The notes below the pieces were generated by a model, which saw only the letters and a program-made list of their open reading frames with translations, was not told where the DNA came from and did no database searches. Below, piece by piece: positions 61,426 through 64,000 of a stretch of DNA of 64,000 nucleotides. The stretch is from Felis catus (lineage: Eukaryota). How positions within the stretch are numbered: the first letter of the stretch is position 1; every line of letters begins with the position of its first letter. The stretch lies in NCBI RefSeq assembly GCF_018350175.1, contig NC_058368.1, positions 52,826,001 through 52,890,000 of the forward strand, given 5' to 3'. Position numbers and translations under genes: made by a program.

Positions 61426-62330
61426 CTTTCCGTCATATTTTAAGTGTGTGTTTTCAGGTCCTGTTCTTTTCAGTTAGTCTTTAAGCTTCTGGCAAGCAAT
61501 ATCTATTTCATACTAAACTTTGTGTCCCCCACAGTGCCTAATATTATAGCCTATTACCTAGTACACATGAATGTGCTGACAAAAATCCCTAAATTTGTGG
61601 AACCATAGATTTAGACAGTGGACCCTTTAAATAAAACCACTTCCTTTAAAAAAAAAAAACATTTTGTGATTTTATCAGGTTCTTAACTTACGAAGTTAGT
61701 GAATGAAAAGCCTGATTAGAGGTTTAAGAGGATGTATTTCAAAATTAATTCTAGAGGTTGAATATTACATACGAAGAGTGTACATGAAACACTAATTATT
61801 ACTAATATGTTCTAAGCATTTAAAAATAGGTTTGCTTATGATACTCTGTGAAGTGCTTCTGGAGAGTATATAAAAAAAGCAGAGACTCTGGAGGCAAAGT
61901 CATATTCATTAAATATAAAAAAACAGGAAATATAACTTTTAACAAATATTTCCAACATTAAAGAAATATAAGCCCCAGGAGTTTTTATGGTTTTACTTGC
62001 AAATGTTATTCATTTTTTATTTTAAATTAGAATTTCCTTTTATAAAATCCTTTGCAACAGGGGAAAAGGTTAATCTATACTCTAGGAAAGAAATATAAAA
62101 TTATTGTTTATTACTAGTTTCACTGATATTATAATAATTGTAAATATAAACACAGTGAATTGGCACTATTTTTTGCATAGAGTCTTAGCATTTATTCACA
62201 CATTTCCAATTCCTTTAGATTACTGACCTGACTTCTCATAACAACTCAATCAAATTACCTATGTAATTGCCATAATTTCAATAAATTTGCCTTTAATCTT
62301 TTTAGCAACCCAAAGAAAAAGGGGCATATA

Positions 62331-62649
62331 CAGTTGACACTTGAACAACATGGGTTTGAACTGTGTGGGTCCACTTATGCCACACTTTTTCCGATAAATA
62401 CAATACAGTACTGTAAGCACATTCCTTTGCTTTATGATTTTTAACATTTTCTTTTCTATAGCTTACTTTATTGTAAGAATACTATATATAATACATATAG
62501 CATACAAAGTATGTGTTAATTGATTATAGGCCTCCAGTCAACAATAGGTTATTAGTAATTACGTTTTGGGGGAGATGAAAATTACATACAGATTTTCGGT
62601 GGCACGAGGGTCAGCGACCCTAACCCCTGCATTGTTCAGTGGTCAACTG
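62331..62649. mobile_element. Tigger2-type (TcMar-pogo) non-autonomous element
   Basis: TIRs cagttgacacttgaacaa / ttgttcagtggtcaactg; TA target duplications at 62329-62330 and 62650-62651. Confidence 0.92.
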
Positions 62650-62823
62650 TAGTTCATTTTACAACTCACAAAGTTATTGTAAAACGAAGACATACTAAAT
62701 TAATAAACTCAGAAATTATAGAAAAATATTTAAACATATGGAAAACATCACCCATAATCCTACTGTATAGCAGATTTAAAATATTGGCGCATTTCCTTCC
62801 GGTCTTTTAAAAGACTTAACAGA

Positions 62824-63040
62824 GGGGTGCCTGGGTGGCTCAGTCAGTTAAACATCCAACTGCGGCTCAGGTTATGGTTTCATGGTTGATGAGTTTGAGC
62901 CCCGTGTTGGGCTCTGTGCTGACAGTTCAGAGCCTGGAGCTTGCTTCAGATTCTGTGTCTCCCTCTCTCTCTGCCCTTTCCCTGCTCTCTCTTTTTCTCT
63001 CTCTCTCTCAAAAAGAAATAAACATTAAAACATTTTTTTA
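62824..63040 (+). mobile_element. Can-SINE
   Basis: ggggtgcctgggtggctcag head, (CT) tract, A tail. Confidence 0.94.
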
Positions 63041-64000
63041 AATAAATAATTTAATAGTGACTTTTTTCTTCCTTCCTCTAGTTTTTTTATTCCTTCAGTA
63101 TTTATTGGCAGTTAAACTATTGTATAGAATAGTAAGAGACATAGATGTCTAGAACATGGTATAAAGAAACCATACAATGTGTTTCATTGGATTTTCCTCT
63201 CTCCCCTCCTCATACTTGTTGATGTTCTTAAGGGTTCTGTGTTCAACAAATATCTGTTAAGAGTAATGTAGGTGCTAGACTCTATGCTGATCTCTAGATC
63301 TAGAATGATAAAACAATGTCCCTGAATTCAAGAATCTTGAAGAACTATCAAAAGTCAAATGCTATGGCAGGTGCTTGGTCAGAATATGGTAGAGTATAGA
63401 TATAGAGGAGGTAGTGGTCAGATATTTTGATTCCAGATCATCTTCTGGTCTCAAATGATCTGAGCGATCTCATTTCTTTTCCTAACTTCAAAGCTGTTCT
63501 GTCAACATTTACTTCTCACTTGAGCCAACATTAATGTCCCCAAGTAGCGAACAAATTACAGACAATAATCTTGGTTAAAATATGCTGAGCCTAGAATTTT
63601 AGACTAGTTTTTTCCTTTTATCTTTCTCACATGACACGGTTTTACTGCAGTGCTATTTTTCTCTCCCTAATATTTATGAGACAAAGTCAACGAACAGAGG
63701 GCGATTAGAGTTATTGGGTAACAATTGTGTTCACATAAAACGTATGCAAGAAGAAAATTGGAGAGTTAGGTCTGAAGGTATTATGATTATAGAATATAAC
63801 TCCTAGCTCCCCCATGCTTAAGGCCATAGGATTTCAATGAACTCAAGCCCCAAACTCAGATGGTGGAAAAATGTAGATACTTCTTATTGATGAAATGTAC
63901 TTCTTAGGAGTTATACACAACTCTTCCCTTGACAGAATGTTTGTCACACGGTACATCATTCTTTTTCTTTCTGCCATTTTTATGAGAAGCAGGATCACAA

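Noticed and set aside
279..63041. Short ORFs of the six-frame track as genes
   Set aside because: All are under 140 aa; most overlap SINEs, microsatellites, L2 or MLT1. None resembles a cellular protein I recognise.
1..64000. Naming the host gene; NUMT, endogenous virus or processed pseudogene
   Set aside because: No exon I can identify, and no mitochondrial, viral or mRNA-derived poly(A)+TSD segment seen; a name would be a guess without alignment.

Overview
This is mammalian (felid, most likely cat/Felinae) non-coding genomic DNA. The assignment rests on 30 tRNA-derived carnivore SINEs (Can-SINE/SINEC_Fc type, several of a very young, CpG-intact subfamily) and carnivore-type L1 3' ends. Older repeats are also present: L1M, L2, MIR, MaLR (MLT1) solo LTRs, hAT MITEs (MER20/MER3/MER5-like) and a Tigger2-type MITE. 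I recognise no protein-coding exon, RNA gene, CRISPR array or viral/mitochondrial insert; the ORF track is explained by repeats, microsatellites and chance. Most L1s, 21 of 30 SINEs and 3 of 4 clear MLT1 LTRs lie on the minus strand, and the best splice acceptors I noticed are on the plus strand, so the window probably lies inside a long intron of a plus-strand gene that I cannot name. Repeat-poor islands rich in developmental TF motifs and an orphan CpG island (about 32.4-33.6 kb) suggest an enhancer-dense region. Best sequence-supported oddities: (1) a twin-primed 5'-inverted L1 and a SINE that both reused one target site inside an older L1; (2) a strong acceptor at 4861 with an AG-free zone of about 147 nt; (3) a near-canonical RORE/RevDR2 next to an overlapping E-box/NBRE; (4) a dispersed 77-bp duplication; (5) a perfect 49-bp tandem duplication. 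I found no convincing novel multi-gene system. Repeat family names and boundaries are from visual recognition, not a database search.
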